From the NCBI RefSeq assembly GCF_018336915.1, contig NZ_CP064926.1, forward strand, positions 219,810 to 251,809: a stretch of DNA of 32,000 bases. The letters are read 5' to 3'. Positions 1-10,447 of the stretch are shown in pieces (positions within the stretch are counted from its first letter, which is position 1; every line of letters starts with the position of its first letter). The stretch is from Acaryochloris marina S15. Its GTDB lineage: Bacteria > Cyanobacteriota > Cyanobacteriia > Thermosynechococcales > Thermosynechococcaceae. The notes below the pieces were generated by a model, which worked only from the letters and a program-made list of their open reading frames with translations, searched no databases and had not been told where the DNA came from. A program made the position numbers and the translations under genes.

Positions 1-1109
1 TCTTGGATGGCCAAGGTAAAGTAAACGTCGGTGCCAATACCTAACTTCGATTCAATCCAAATCTTTCCTTGATGACGTTCAACGACTTTTTTACAGGTTG
101 CAAGACCGATTCCTGTACCAGGATAGTTCTGGGGCATGAGTTGTTGAAAAGCTTGAAAAATATGGTCAAATTGCGATGACTCGATGCCAATACCGTTGTC
201 ATGCACTCCAAAACACCATTCTTGATCCTGACGTTCTACCGAAATCTTCAATTGACTCAACTCGTCCGGACGGTGAAATTTGATGGCATTACTAATCAAG
301 TTCTGAAATAGTTGGGCCAATTGCACTTTATCGGCAAGAACCGTCGGCAGGTGATCGGCAGTGATGGTGGCTCTTTGCTTCGAAATCTCAACCTCTAAAT
401 CTGCCAGTACCTGATTTAAGACCATATTGCAGTCTGTTGATTCCAAGGTCATTGCCTTGCTGCCTACTTGACTGTAGGTCAGTAAATCCTCAATCAGTTC
501 GTCCATGTGGGATGCTACGTCGACAATCCGACTCACTAACTTCATCCCTTCTTCACCAAGAGTTTGTTGGCATTTGAATCCCAACAGTTTTGCAAAGCCC
601 AAAACACCCTGCAATGGCTGCCTTAAATCATGGGAGACGATGGATGTGAACTGTTCTAATGCTTGGTTAGAGCGCAATAATTCTTCATTTTGAGCAATTA
701 ACTTTTTGCGGAGACGAGTAATGGTCAGTTGATTTGCCACCCGTACTAAAACTTCCTCAGTTTGGAAGGGTTTCGTAATATAATCAACCCCTCCGACAGT
801 AAAAGCTTTGATCTTGTCGGACGTATCGTCTAGGGCACTGAGGAAGATCACGGGGATATCGTAGGTTTTTACGTCAGTCTTCAACTGTTGACAGACCTCA
901 TAACCATCCATTTCTGGCATTTTGATATCCAGCAATACAAGATCTGGCGGATCTGTCTGGGCGACTGACAGCGCCATCGTTCCATTCGTGACTGCCCGAA
1001 CTTCATACCCCTGATTCGTTAATGTATTGGATAACAAGCGAAGATTTTCTGGGGTATCATCTACAATCAAAATATCGCCTTTATACTCATCTTCAAGTGG
1101 GTTACTCAT
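1..1109 (-). CDS. Response-regulator receiver fused to histidine kinase (REC-HisKA-HATPase_c); C-terminal end runs off the window
   Basis: My reverse-strand translation from the ATG (revcomp of 1107..1109) gives MSNPLEDEYKGDILIVDDTPENLRLL...LVLLDIKMPEMDGYEV (receiver). It continues with FTSIVSHDLRQPL (H-box), then HDNGIGI and GTGIGLATCKKVVERHQGKIWIES (ATP-lid boxes). There is no stop before position 1, so it is missing from the ORF track. Confidence 0.85.
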   Translation of the reverse strand, partial: MSNPLEDEYKGDILIVDDTPENLRLLSNTLTNQGYEVRAVTNGTMALSVAQTDPPDLVLLDIKMPEMDGYEVCQQLKTDVKTYDIPVIFLSALDDTSDKIKAFTVGGVDYITKPFQTEEVLVRVANQLTITRLRKKLIAQNEELLRSNQALEQFTSIVSHDLRQPLQGVLGFAKLLGFKCQQTLGEEGMKLVSRIVDVASHMDELIEDLLTYSQVGSKAMTLESTDCNMVLNQVLADLEVEISKQRATITADHLPTVLADKVQLAQLFQNLISNAIKFHRPDELSQLKISVERQDQEWCFGVHDNGIGIESSQFDHIFQAFQQLMPQNYPGTGIGLATCKKVVERHQGKIWIESKLGIGTDVYFTLAIQ

Positions 1110-1155
1110 AACAACGTTTACTCAGGTTTAAGTTTCAGAACGAACTAGGCTGGAG

Positions 1156-3360
1156 TCAGGGTTGGGTCAGAGTTAGAATTTTTTCGTAATTAAAATTACT
1201 GACCAAATCAGTGAGTCCTTCGGCGAGAATGCTATGTTCTTCTGGAATCTCTTGAATGAGGGTTTCAATTCGTGTGCTGCGCGCACTCATTGCCGCTTGA
1301 TGTAGTTCAGCAAGCCATTCTGTCGGCATCACGGATAGTTGGGATGCGGTCACCTCCATTGCGGGTTGCGGTGAAAGGGGTTGAGGCTTTTCAAAGATAT
1401 AGCGAACCCCCAGATACTCGGTCATCTTCTCGAAGATGGTGTCTTCAAGAAAAGGTTTTCGAACAAAATCATCACATCCGGTGGCGAGGATTTGGGCTCT
1501 CTCTTCGTCAAGGGCACTGGCGGTGAGCGCAATGATTACAGTTGCTTGCCCTTTAATATGGGCTTTAATATATTGCGTTGCCTCATAACCGTCCATCACT
1601 GGCATTCGCATGTCCATCCAGATCAGATGAGGTCGCCAACGGTCACATTCTTCTATGGCCACTTTGCCATTTTCGGCTTCTCGGACTTCAAATCCCAAGG
1701 GTTGCAAAAGATTGACCATCAGCTTGCGATTTTCCATCCGATCTTCAACAATCAAGATCCGATAAGCTGGCTGGTCTGGAGCAAGTCCGATAACGCGTTG
1801 AGCCATCGGCTGAGGTTTATGATCTACCTCATTGCCCAAAGTCACTTGCAGATAAAACTGAAATGTCGTTCCCTGCCCAACAACACTCTTAACGGTAAGG
1901 TCTCCTCCCATTAACTTTACAAAGCGGTGGCTAATGGGTAAGCCGAGTCCAGTCCCTTGCTGAGACTTTCGACCCGTTTCTGTTTGGGTGAAGGCGGCAA
2001 ACAACTGTTTGATTTCACTGGGATCAATTCCAGGACCTGTGTCTTCGATTTCAAAAAATAAACATAATTGAGGAGCTTCGCTTGCCGCTTGAGCCTGAAT
2101 CGGCCCAGCGTGAACCCTCAAATTAATGTGGCCTGATTCTGTGAATTTGATGGCGTTACCCAGCAAATTAATCAAGACTTGACGGAGTTTTCCTTCATCT
2201 GCGCGAATAAATTGGGGAGTATCAGGCGCGCGATCGCAAGTGAGCTGCAATCCCTTCGTTTTTGCTCGTAAATCGAGCATTTGTATCAACGTCTCTAGAA
2301 GATTATAGAGATCGAAGTTTGTTTTATGAAGGGTGACTCGACCGGCTTCGATTTTGGACATTTCGAGAATGTCATTAATCAATTCCAGTAAGTGCTCACC
2401 ACTGCGGTTAATGATGTCGAGATGCTCTTTTTGAGCAGATGTGAGTGCAGGATCTCGATGCATCAATTGGGAAAACCCCAGAATCGCATTGAGAGGAGTC
2501 CGAAGTTCATGGCTCATGTTAGCCAAGAAACCGCTCTTAGCCTGATTGGCCACTTCAGCAGCTTCTTTGGCCTGCTGAAGCTCAGTTTCTGCTCTTTTGC
2601 GATCGCTACTATCCCGTAAAATTGCAGTGAAGACTTTTTCGTCTCCTAACTGTAACTGCGAAATCGAAGCTTCCGCCGGAAATTCTGTACCGTCCTTGCG
2701 TCGACCAAAAACCTCGCTGCGATCCCCCATCATTCTGGCGGTAGATCGAGAGGCACCAAATTTTTGAATATGCTTGTGATGAATAGATATTGCCCGTTTG
2801 GGTAACAGGAGATCCAGCGATTGACCTAGAACTTCATCAGCCTGATAACCAAAGACTTTCTCAGCGCCTTTATTAAACTGGTTGATCCGTTGGCTTGCAT
2901 CCACGGAGATAATGGGGTCGTTGGCAATATCGAGAATCCCTAATAACATGGCTTCCGAACCGTCCCCTACAGCCTGGTTCAATGGCTCACTGAAGTGATT
3001 GTCTTGACGGACCCCAATTAATAAGGCTGCTGCAATCGTTCCCAAAAGGTTCAGGCTGAGTGCTCCCTGGAGGGTAATAGCATCGGAGATAACTAGGATT
3101 TTATAGAGGGTGTAGGCAGACAGGACGCCGGAACTGAATATGCCTCCCCAAAGTCCAAGCCAATGGGCAGACAGGACTGCGCCGAGCATCAGTAAAGGAT
3201 ATAGGGTGGATGGCTCTGCACCGAAGGGGGGTAACAACTCCAACCCAAAAGCAAGAAATAGTATAGCAACGCCACCTGACCAGAAGGGGAATAGGCGTTG
3301 ACGTTGGATAGAGTTATCGAACGTGTCGGCTTGATGCTGACATGAGCCTGGGGAAGTCAT
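1156..3360 (-). CDS. Membrane-anchored hybrid sensor histidine kinase (TM region-PAS-HisKA-HATPase_c-REC plus ~90-aa C-terminal tail)
   Basis: 734-aa ORF. The N-terminus is hydrophobic (LFPFWSGGVAILFLAFGLELL..., LGTIAAALLIGV). A PAS-like segment follows (ILDIANDPIISVDASQRINQFNKGAEKVFGY). Kinase motifs are the H-box FLANMSHELRTPLNAILGF, the N-box LINLLGNAIKFT and the G-boxes EDTGPGI and GTGLGLPISHRFVKLMGG. The receiver is ILIVEDRMENRKL...LIWMDMRMPVMDGYE. Confidence 0.9.
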   Translation of the reverse strand: MTSPGSCQHQADTFDNSIQRQRLFPFWSGGVAILFLAFGLELLPPFGAEPSTLYPLLMLGAVLSAHWLGLWGGIFSSGVLSAYTLYKILVISDAITLQGALSLNLLGTIAAALLIGVRQDNHFSEPLNQAVGDGSEAMLLGILDIANDPIISVDASQRINQFNKGAEKVFGYQADEVLGQSLDLLLPKRAISIHHKHIQKFGASRSTARMMGDRSEVFGRRKDGTEFPAEASISQLQLGDEKVFTAILRDSSDRKRAETELQQAKEAAEVANQAKSGFLANMSHELRTPLNAILGFSQLMHRDPALTSAQKEHLDIINRSGEHLLELINDILEMSKIEAGRVTLHKTNFDLYNLLETLIQMLDLRAKTKGLQLTCDRAPDTPQFIRADEGKLRQVLINLLGNAIKFTESGHINLRVHAGPIQAQAASEAPQLCLFFEIEDTGPGIDPSEIKQLFAAFTQTETGRKSQQGTGLGLPISHRFVKLMGGDLTVKSVVGQGTTFQFYLQVTLGNEVDHKPQPMAQRVIGLAPDQPAYRILIVEDRMENRKLMVNLLQPLGFEVREAENGKVAIEECDRWRPHLIWMDMRMPVMDGYEATQYIKAHIKGQATVIIALTASALDEERAQILATGCDDFVRKPFLEDTIFEKMTEYLGVRYIFEKPQPLSPQPAMEVTASQLSVMPTEWLAELHQAAMSARSTRIETLIQEIPEEHSILAEGLTDLVSNFNYEKILTLTQP

Positions 3361-3578
3361 AACTCTAATGCAGGATCAATAGAGAGAACATGAACCATCC
3401 ACAGTGGCCTTAATCCAGTCATGGGACCTTTTGACGGTGAGTCCCCCATCTAACTTGCCTGACTTCGATAGACAAAAACCACTTGTGTTTAATCATAGGA
3501 CCAATACTAAAAACGAATGGCTTCCGAGAGAGGAATATTCGATTGTTTTAATACTCTGTGTTAACTCGGCTCAATCAC

Positions 3579-4691
3579 CTAGCAAATTCGAGGGAGTTGC
3601 TCCCCACTTAAGAAATTAACGATTCTCTCCACACCAATTCGGTTGGTTAGGGTCACCCGAGGGAATGCGGCTGTTGTGACTTGACCAATCACCCGTGCTG
3701 GATACCGATGTTTCATTTGAGGATTGGTATTGCTCTGCCCAGATAAGGGGAAGGATAGTGGGGCATTCAGTCTGGCAAGGGCTAAATCTACAGATTGTGG
3801 TGGCACGAAGGCGATGAAACGACCTTCATTTGCCACATACAAGGGATCAAAGCCTAGAATTTCACAGGCACCCTGGACGTCTTCTCGGATGGGAATACAG
3901 GTTTCATCCAGTGTGATGGCCAAAGACCGACCGGAGGTCATCGTAACCCAAGCCGCCAAAGCGATCTCATTTAAGGCACTCGCTAATCCCCCTCGGGTTA
4001 AATCCCGCATACAGTGCAGCTCAACACCATGGGCGATTAGATCCAACACCACATGATTCAGGGGAGCTGAATCGCTCTTGATTTCACTCTCAAATTCCAA
4101 TCCTTCTCGTTCCGCCAAAACAGCCATACCATGACGGCCTAAGTCACCATTCAGGATGACAAGATCACCTGGCTGGATCGATTGAGGATGGATAGTCTGG
4201 AGGTGTTCAATTACCCCCACCCCTGCCGTATTAATGAACACACCGTCCCCTTTGCCTCGTTCCACTACTTTTGTATCGCCCGTGACGATCTGGACATCAG
4301 CTTGGTGGGCGGCCTGTTGCATGGATTGCACCACTTGCCAAAGGGTCGTCATGGGCAGTCCCTCTTCCAGAATAAAGCTGGTGCTGAGGTAAAGGGGACG
4401 AGCCCCTGCCATTGCCAGATCATTCACGGTGCCGTAGACCGCTAGCGAACCAATATCCCCTCCTGGGAAAAATAGGGGATGGACCACATAGGAGTCGGTC
4501 GTCAACGCAAGTCGCCCCGGTGGAAAATCGAGGGCCGCAGCATCATGGTGGTGACGATATTCCGATTGGAACAGACACCCAAACATCTGCTCAATCAGCT
4601 GATGCATCAGCTTCCCCCCTCCACCATGAGCTAACAAAACTTGGGGATATTGCTCAATGGGAATCGGGCAAGAGATCGAATCGATTGGCAT
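3579..4691 (-). CDS. hypE: [NiFe]-hydrogenase maturation protein HypE (carbamoyl dehydratase)
   Basis: AIR-synthase-like fold with the HypE N-terminus [28 protein letters not shown] and the diagnostic C-terminal PRIC motif (...SGEQLPRIC*). I place the start at the ATG at 4691. The TTG at 4760 in the ORF track would overlap the upstream gene by 37 nt and add 23 residues not typical of HypE. Confidence 0.9.
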   Translation of the reverse strand: MPIDSISCPIPIEQYPQVLLAHGGGGKLMHQLIEQMFGCLFQSEYRHHHDAAALDFPPGRLALTTDSYVVHPLFFPGGDIGSLAVYGTVNDLAMAGARPLYLSTSFILEEGLPMTTLWQVVQSMQQAAHQADVQIVTGDTKVVERGKGDGVFINTAGVGVIEHLQTIHPQSIQPGDLVILNGDLGRHGMAVLAEREGLEFESEIKSDSAPLNHVVLDLIAHGVELHCMRDLTRGGLASALNEIALAAWVTMTSGRSLAITLDETCIPIREDVQGACEILGFDPLYVANEGRFIAFVPPQSVDLALARLNAPLSFPLSGQSNTNPQMKHRYPARVIGQVTTAAFPRVTLTNRIGVERIVNFLSGEQLPRIC

Positions 4692-4723
4692 GGGCGATTT
4701 CCAGTAGTTGTAACAAGAACAGG

Positions 4724-5164
4724 CTAGGCGGGCATCATCGCATCGCCTTGTCCCAGCCAAAAGAGGAGTGCTAGGGCCTTTTGGATTTGGGTCTTGAGCT
4801 TATCCTGGCCAAACACGTTGAGTCTCAACTCCTCTTCAATCAGTATTTGAGAGAGTTGGCAGATGGATGCCTGCCACATGAGAAGGGCCAAGGCATCCCG
4901 GAGTCCAGCAACCGAATGATCGGTGGGGGAAAGTTTCAAACCCCATCGAAGTAAAAATTGTACCGTAGGGCTTTTCTTACGCATACCAGCCGATAAAGCC
5001 GCAGCATCAGGAATGCTAACCGGGCTCAGAATTGGCGGTAATCCCAATGAAAAGGTCAGCGTCTCAGATGGGTGCTGGGGTATCGGTTGCGCCAGGGCAC
5101 CCTGCCAAGGATCCGTGACTGGCTGAAATGGTTCTGGGTATTGATTGAGCTTAATATTTACCAT
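4724..5164 (-). CDS. Hypothetical protein (146 aa, Pro-rich N-terminal half, helical C-terminal half)
   Basis: Open frame within track ORF 4724..5290. The internal ATG at 5164 ([13 protein letters not shown]...) is preceded by GGAGG (revcomp of 5175..5179). This start removes the 100-nt overlap with the upstream gene. I recognise no motif. Confidence 0.5.
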   Translation of the reverse strand: MVNIKLNQYPEPFQPVTDPWQGALAQPIPQHPSETLTFSLGLPPILSPVSIPDAAALSAGMRKKSPTVQFLLRWGLKLSPTDHSVAGLRDALALLMWQASICQLSQILIEEELRLNVFGQDKLKTQIQKALALLFWLGQGDAMMPA

Positions 5165-5189
5165 CACACTGTTTCCTCCCTCATGTTTC

Positions 5190-5624
5190 CTACCGCAGAC
5201 TTTTGGGATAAGTGCCTGACCGTAGGATAAACTGCTGTTGAAAGGCTTCAATCTCTTCTCGACTCGGTTGACCATGGGTAACGACGGCAATGCGATAACG
5301 CTGCATCACGGCTGCTGGTGTTTGCCCATCCATCAGACTTTTCAACGCAGCCATCATCGCTGGGGAAGGCATACAAGTATATCCAAACTCATCCATGACG
5401 GCCCGAAGGTTCATTGCTGTTTTGGGATCGAGCCGTTCTTTGAACTTGATCCGCATCAACCATCCACCGGACAAATAAATAACGGTTACAACGTCTAACG
5501 ACAACCCTCTGCATTGCTGCAGATACTCGATCACCTGGATCGTCAGACTGGCATTATCAAAGAAGTAGAGATATTCCATGACTTCATTGATTCCTAGACA
5601 AGGCAGCGCTTCAGGGTTGAACAT
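5190..5624 (-). CDS. Hypothetical protein (144 aa)
   Basis: Open frame within track ORF 5190..5756. I place the start at the ATG at 5624 (MFNPEALPCLGINEVMEYLYFF...), because the longer start overlaps the HlyD gene end at 5686. It is co-directional and tightly spaced with its neighbours. I recognise no family. Confidence 0.5.
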   Translation of the reverse strand: MFNPEALPCLGINEVMEYLYFFDNASLTIQVIEYLQQCRGLSLDVVTVIYLSGGWLMRIKFKERLDPKTAMNLRAVMDEFGYTCMPSPAMMAALKSLMDGQTPAAVMQRYRIAVVTHGQPSREEIEAFQQQFILRSGTYPKSLR

Positions 5625-5685
5625 AACGCTGAAAAACTCTATTTCAAAGGTATAAAATTCCCTTGAAGAAGTCGTGAGGGAAACG

Positions 5686-7176
5686 CTAGCTTCTACTATG
5701 AATGCGTTGGTTCGCCTCGATCTGCTCCGTGGGATGAAGGATGACTTGTTCCCCAACTTTTAGTCCTTTCTTCACTGCAGCTTCAAGCTGACTACGTTGG
5801 CTGATCACCACTTGACGTCGCTGGGCCTTTCCCTGTTCCGCCACAAAGGTACACCATTTCTGATTCTCACATCTAAATAATGCACTTAGGGGCACCTTGA
5901 GAGTATCCTTATCCTCCCAGACAACAATACGAGCTTCGACCCGATAGCCATCCCCCAGGGATAGAGGAGGGGAAATAAAATCAGCAATAACGTTGACGCG
6001 TTGTTCCTCTACTCCCAAAGCAGACACTTCTGTAAAGGCTGAGGGCTCAACATAGCGCACTCGGGCTTGGAGGGGGTGGGGGCCACCCCAATGGTCAATT
6101 TGAATAGTAGCACCGGGTTTGACTTTAACGGCATCCGTGGAGAGGACATCAATTACCAGTTCCAATTGTTTGGCATCTCCCAACTCTAGGAGAGGTTCAC
6201 CGGCTGAAATAAAGCGCGCACTTTCTTGCATCACGCGAAAGACATTGCCTCCAACGGGGGCTCGAACAACGGTTCGACGTGCTTCATCCGCAAGGTTAAC
6301 CAAGGTGGATTCTGTACTGGAAATTTGGGCTCGATAGACATCTAATAAATAATCGGGATCTTGCTGTTCGGCCTTTAAGACAGAAAACGCTTTTTGAGCG
6401 GCAGCAACAGTTGAGATCGCACCTTGGACTTGTTTGTTAGCCACTTCCAATTCTTGCTGCCGTTGGGTTGCCGCTAACTCAGCATCCTCACGGACCTTTC
6501 GAGTTTGGGCCCCAGCTACTTCCAAGTCCTGGGCACGTTTGCGATCTCGAATGGCTTGAGCTAAGGTCGCTTTGGCATCCGCTAGCCGAGCCTCTGCTTG
6601 TTGTTGGGTAGCGATCGCAGCTCGAACCTGAGCTTGGGCTTGAGCTAAGGCTGCGGATTTAGGGCGTTGGGTCTCTACCCCTGCCAGTTGCGCCCGCAGT
6701 TCTCGCAAGTGCGCTTGGGTTTCTTCGACCTTGGTCGTCAGCGGAAGGGGATCTATCCGAGCCACGATGGCTCCGGGCTGAACTGGATCGCCTGGATCCA
6801 GGCCAATGCGAGCCAGACGTCCCGCCACAGGTGCTGCAATCGTAAAGCGATTTTGCACCCTCGTTTTGCCCTCAGCATCAACGGTGACTTGGAGCTGACC
6901 GCGTTGAACTTGGCCTAAATCCACTGCAATTGGCGTGGGTCGAAAGGCAAGGGCCACGAGGGTCGCAACGCCCAATCCCAACAGCCAATAGGGAAGGCGA
7001 CGGGGGAGATGCTTCCAGGAAGGCAGGCGCGTTTTGGGATTTGGGGTTTGGGATTTAAGTTTGGTTGAAGGGGGAGAATGCCCATCATCTGACGGGTAAG
7101 GGGGGGAGGGCACCGTGGGCTTTTGTTGCGGCTTGCGCAACCACGGGATTAAGGGGCGATGTTGTTTGTGTTGCAT
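5686..7176 (-). CDS. HlyD-family periplasmic adaptor (membrane fusion protein) of an ABC exporter
   Basis: It has a single N-terminal TM helix (YWLLGLGVATLVALAF). A long Ala/Gln-rich coiled-coil follows (AQLAGVETQRPKSAALAQAQAQVRAA...), then a beta-barrel C-terminus. The ATG at 7176 is preceded by AGGAGG, which I prefer to the TTG at 7215 in the ORF track. Confidence 0.85.
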   Translation of the reverse strand: MQHKQHRPLIPWLRKPQQKPTVPSPPYPSDDGHSPPSTKLKSQTPNPKTRLPSWKHLPRRLPYWLLGLGVATLVALAFRPTPIAVDLGQVQRGQLQVTVDAEGKTRVQNRFTIAAPVAGRLARIGLDPGDPVQPGAIVARIDPLPLTTKVEETQAHLRELRAQLAGVETQRPKSAALAQAQAQVRAAIATQQQAEARLADAKATLAQAIRDRKRAQDLEVAGAQTRKVREDAELAATQRQQELEVANKQVQGAISTVAAAQKAFSVLKAEQQDPDYLLDVYRAQISSTESTLVNLADEARRTVVRAPVGGNVFRVMQESARFISAGEPLLELGDAKQLELVIDVLSTDAVKVKPGATIQIDHWGGPHPLQARVRYVEPSAFTEVSALGVEEQRVNVIADFISPPLSLGDGYRVEARIVVWEDKDTLKVPLSALFRCENQKWCTFVAEQGKAQRRQVVISQRSQLEAAVKKGLKVGEQVILHPTEQIEANQRIHSRS

Positions 7177-7189
7177 CGGATCTTCCTCC

Positions 7190-9553
7190 TTATTCGCGGG
7201 TTTTGAGCACAGCAATTAAGTCCAGATGATTGAGCTGACGACGAATCAATCCGCCAGAACCCAGAGCTGCTAGAAAAATAATGACAAAGGCAAAGGCGTA
7301 GCTAGCGGGCGTGACAATTAAGGGGAACCGAAATAATTCCCAGTCATAGGCCCGAGTAATCAGAGCCGCTAAGCCAAATCCCAAGGCAAAGCCGAAGGGA
7401 ATCGCCACAACGGTGACAATGGCTTGCTCACCGAGCAAGATGACGGCAATTTCTCCTTGGGTAAACCCAATGATACGTAAGGTTGCAAGTTCGCGGTCGC
7501 GCTCCGACAGTGCAATCCGGGCAACGTTATAGACCACCCCAAAGGCAATCACACTTGAAAAAATAACTAACACAGTCGTAAATATTGCAAAACTGCCACC
7601 AATGGTCTTTTCAAACTCAGTAATCACCCGTTCCCGCAAGGCTACGCTAGCCACAGCAGGGGTTTGTTTAAGTTGGGTATAGAGCTGCTCCGAGTGGTGG
7701 GCATCCACGGTTAGGTAAGCCCCTGATAGTGTTGGCCCTTCTCGCATTAACTGATTGAGGGCATAAATATCCATATAAGCCCCCAAACCAATCAATTCAT
7801 CGACGAACCCCACTACTGGCACTGTCCGGGTGGGACGTTCTCCCTCTAATACTTCCACCGTCAGCGGGTCACCGAGCGTGACGCCTAGGATCTCAGCCAA
7901 CTTTGTGGTTAAGACCACACCCTGGTCAGGGAGAGGGACAGGGTAGAAGTCTTGGTCTAATAGACGACGTAATTCCCCTTGAGGCTCCAATCCTGTCAAC
8001 CCACTCAGGTGGGTTTGATGCTGAAATCGTAAGCGAGCAGGCACGGCTCGGAAGGGCTCAGCTTGCATGACTCCCGGTAAATGGGTTAATTCATAACGGG
8101 CCCGACCGGACAGCGGTTCATTAAATACGAGGGTGACATCTTCTCGCTGCACCTGCCGAAACTGGGCTTCGACCATGTAGGTGGTGGCATCCTCGAAATA
8201 GCGACCAATGACGAGGATGGCCACTGCAGCAGCAATTCCCAGAATGGAAAGACTCGCTTGTAGCGATCGTCGTTCTAGATTCCGCAGAATAATCTGCCCC
8301 ACAGGCGGGATAAACTGTTGCATGCCTAACCGCTCTAGAATCGTCCGTCGAAAAGAGGCTGGAGGCTCGGGCCGCATGGCCTCTGCAGGTGGTAAAGAGA
8401 CTGCCTGTTTCACTGCCGTGAAAGTCCCCAGTACAGCCGCCCCTCCACTCACGACAATGGCAGTAATCATGATCTGAAGGCTGGCGTGATACCGCAGCAC
8501 CGGAAAGTGATAGAAGCGGGCATAGTTCTCAGTAATAACGGCCCCCAAACCCATGCCAACAATGGTCCCTAACCCAGCTCCAAGCAGCGTAATCACCAAG
8601 ACGAGCTTTAAGTAATGCCAACCCACAGCAAGATTGTCGTAACCAAAGGCTTTCAAAACGGCAATTTGATCTCGCTGGGTACTCACTAGTCGAGCGAGCA
8701 CAAGATTCAGCAAAAACGCTGCAATCCCCAGAAAGACGAAGGGCACCATCACCGCTGTGGCGGCCAAGCTCTCGATTTCGCTGTTGATAAACTGATGGGA
8801 TATCTGATCAGCCCGTTCGTATGCCCCCAGTCCTCCATAGGGTTTCAATACCTGATCAAGCCGAAAAATGACACTGGCTGGATTAGCGTCTGGCATCAAA
8901 GACAGGGCGACATCATTAAACGCTCCATCCAGATCAAAGGCTGTTGCCAACGCTTCACGCCCCATCCAGATCACCCCAAAGCGCTGATTGTCTGGGAACA
9001 GCTCCACTCCCCTAATTTCATAAACATATTCTGGCGACAGGGCAATTCCGACAATCCGTAATTGCTGCCACCGTTCGTTGATCACGGCGCCCAGGGTATC
9101 CCCCAGCTCCAAATGATTTGCTTGCGCAAACACCTCACTGACTAAAACCTGATCTCGTCGTCCAGGCTCAATATATTGGCCTTGACGAATGAACAGATCG
9201 TTTAACATCGGGGTCCGCTGCTCAGGAATGGCAATCAACCGACCGGTTGCTGGTTCCGGCAGGGAGGGCACATCTAAATTCACATCCACGACCACCCGTG
9301 TCTGCACTTGTTGCACACCTGGTAGTTCAGCAATCCGCTCTATCAGGGAATCCGGTGCCCGCTTCAGCTGTGCAAACACATCCGCAAATTGATAGCGATC
9401 ATAGTAGGTCTGCTGTGAAAGCTGCAGGGAATCGTAGGCACTCAGCATGGTCACCAAACAAGCAATCCCACAGGCGACGATCAAGGCGATCGCAATTACC
9501 TGTCCACGGAGATGACGGAGATCTCGAAGGAGTTTTTGGTCAAGGGCTACCAC
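7190..9553 (-). CDS. ABC transporter permease with two FtsX-type domains (787 aa)
   Basis: N-terminal motif [18 protein letters not shown] followed by a TM helix. There are two 4-TM blocks, each following a large periplasmic loop, as in the FtsX/MacB permease family. The GTG start overlaps the stop of the upstream ATPase gene by 7 nt. Confidence 0.88.
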   Translation of the reverse strand: MVALDQKLLRDLRHLRGQVIAIALIVACGIACLVTMLSAYDSLQLSQQTYYDRYQFADVFAQLKRAPDSLIERIAELPGVQQVQTRVVVDVNLDVPSLPEPATGRLIAIPEQRTPMLNDLFIRQGQYIEPGRRDQVLVSEVFAQANHLELGDTLGAVINERWQQLRIVGIALSPEYVYEIRGVELFPDNQRFGVIWMGREALATAFDLDGAFNDVALSLMPDANPASVIFRLDQVLKPYGGLGAYERADQISHQFINSEIESLAATAVMVPFVFLGIAAFLLNLVLARLVSTQRDQIAVLKAFGYDNLAVGWHYLKLVLVITLLGAGLGTIVGMGLGAVITENYARFYHFPVLRYHASLQIMITAIVVSGGAAVLGTFTAVKQAVSLPPAEAMRPEPPASFRRTILERLGMQQFIPPVGQIILRNLERRSLQASLSILGIAAAVAILVIGRYFEDATTYMVEAQFRQVQREDVTLVFNEPLSGRARYELTHLPGVMQAEPFRAVPARLRFQHQTHLSGLTGLEPQGELRRLLDQDFYPVPLPDQGVVLTTKLAEILGVTLGDPLTVEVLEGERPTRTVPVVGFVDELIGLGAYMDIYALNQLMREGPTLSGAYLTVDAHHSEQLYTQLKQTPAVASVALRERVITEFEKTIGGSFAIFTTVLVIFSSVIAFGVVYNVARIALSERDRELATLRIIGFTQGEIAVILLGEQAIVTVVAIPFGFALGFGLAALITRAYDWELFRFPLIVTPASYAFAFVIIFLAALGSGGLIRRQLNHLDLIAVLKTRE

Positions 9554-10308
9554 TCCAACTCTCCCGGTTTCAATTTGTGTTCATTCTCTCGAACAGCCAC
9601 TATCTCGCCACTCCGCATGGTAATCACCCGATCGGCCATGGCGGCAATCCCAGCATTGTGGGTAATGACAGCTGTCGTTGTCCCTAACTCTCGATTGACT
9701 TGGGCGAGGGCTTCCAGGACAAGCTTACCGGTTTGGTAATCTAAGGCTCCCGTGGGTTCATCGCAGAGAAGCACTTGGGGGCGTTTGGCAATCGCTCGTG
9801 CGATCGCAACCCGCTGCTGTTCTCCACCGGATAGTTGAGCCGGAAAGTGATTGATCCGATCACCGAGATGAACCCGTTCTAGCGCTTCGCGGGGATGCAT
9901 GGGCTGGGGAGCTATCTCGGTAACGAGAGCGACATTCTCCCGAGCAGTAAGACTAGGAATCAGGTTATAGAACTGAAAAACAAAACCCACACTCTGGCGA
10001 CGAAAGCGAGTGAGAGTGCGATCACTAGCGGCGGTTAGATCTTGCCCCTGAAATATCACCTGTCCACTGGAAGGAACATCTAATCCCCCGAGAATATTGA
10101 GCAGAGTGGATTTTCCGCTGCCAGAAGGACCGAGTAAAACGATAAATTCACCGGTAAAAAGCTCCAAATCCACCGATCTGAGAGCCTCAACCGTCACCTC
10201 TCCCATCACATAGGTTTTGGTCACACCCCTCACCTGAAAAAGACTCGGACTGGCGAGAGTTATCCTGGAATTGCCTTTGTTGTTAGAGATTTGTGAAGGC
10301 TGAGACAT
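9547..10308 (-). CDS. ABC transporter ATP-binding protein (MacB/LolD/DevA-like)
   Basis: Walker [11 protein letters not shown]-loop, ABC signature [14 protein letters not shown], Walker [13 protein letters not shown] and H-loop ITHN. Confidence 0.95.
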   Translation of the reverse strand: MSQPSQISNNKGNSRITLASPSLFQVRGVTKTYVMGEVTVEALRSVDLELFTGEFIVLLGPSGSGKSTLLNILGGLDVPSSGQVIFQGQDLTAASDRTLTRFRRQSVGFVFQFYNLIPSLTARENVALVTEIAPQPMHPREALERVHLGDRINHFPAQLSGGEQQRVAIARAIAKRPQVLLCDEPTGALDYQTGKLVLEALAQVNRELGTTTAVITHNAGIAAMADRVITMRSGEIVAVRENEHKLKPGELEW

Positions 10309-10447
10309 GGGCTAAAACCATCGTCACGACAAGACTTATTTCCGTAATCTCCCCGGTTCGGCACGTAAAAACTCTTTGGCACATTAGTTTGAACTTAGTT
10401 TCCAAGCTTGAGAAACTTGTGAAGTAGCAAGGACGCTCACAACTTTC

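Noticed and set aside
1381-1914. A 177-aa plus-strand ORF, together with many similar track ORFs: 505..693, 1272..1526, 2392..2619, 3724..4056, 4182..4445, 4412..4774, 4923..5126, 5238..5498, 6119..6337, 6667..6918, 8208..8477, 8795..9061, 9189..9739, 10878..11069, 11325..11579, 12498..12782, 13653..13856, 16335..16520, 16987..17169, 17591..17830, 18060..18362, 19474..20283, 21300..21603, 22191..23850, 25870..26721, 27020..27925, 28569..28993 and 31058..31417.
   Set aside because: They lie antisense to, or out of frame within, strongly supported genes. They have no recognisable motifs and show skewed low-complexity composition, so they are shadow ORFs.
3404-3619. A 71-aa plus-strand ORF in the kinase-hypE intergenic region.
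   Set aside because: It has no SD and no recognisable motif, and it overlaps the hypE 3' end. It is probably spurious, although the 218-nt spacer has no other explanation.
3579-4760. The 393-aa HypE with a TTG start at 4760.
   Set aside because: The extension ([23 protein letters not shown]) overlaps the upstream ORF and is not HypE-like. The ATG at 4691 gives the standard HypE N-terminus.
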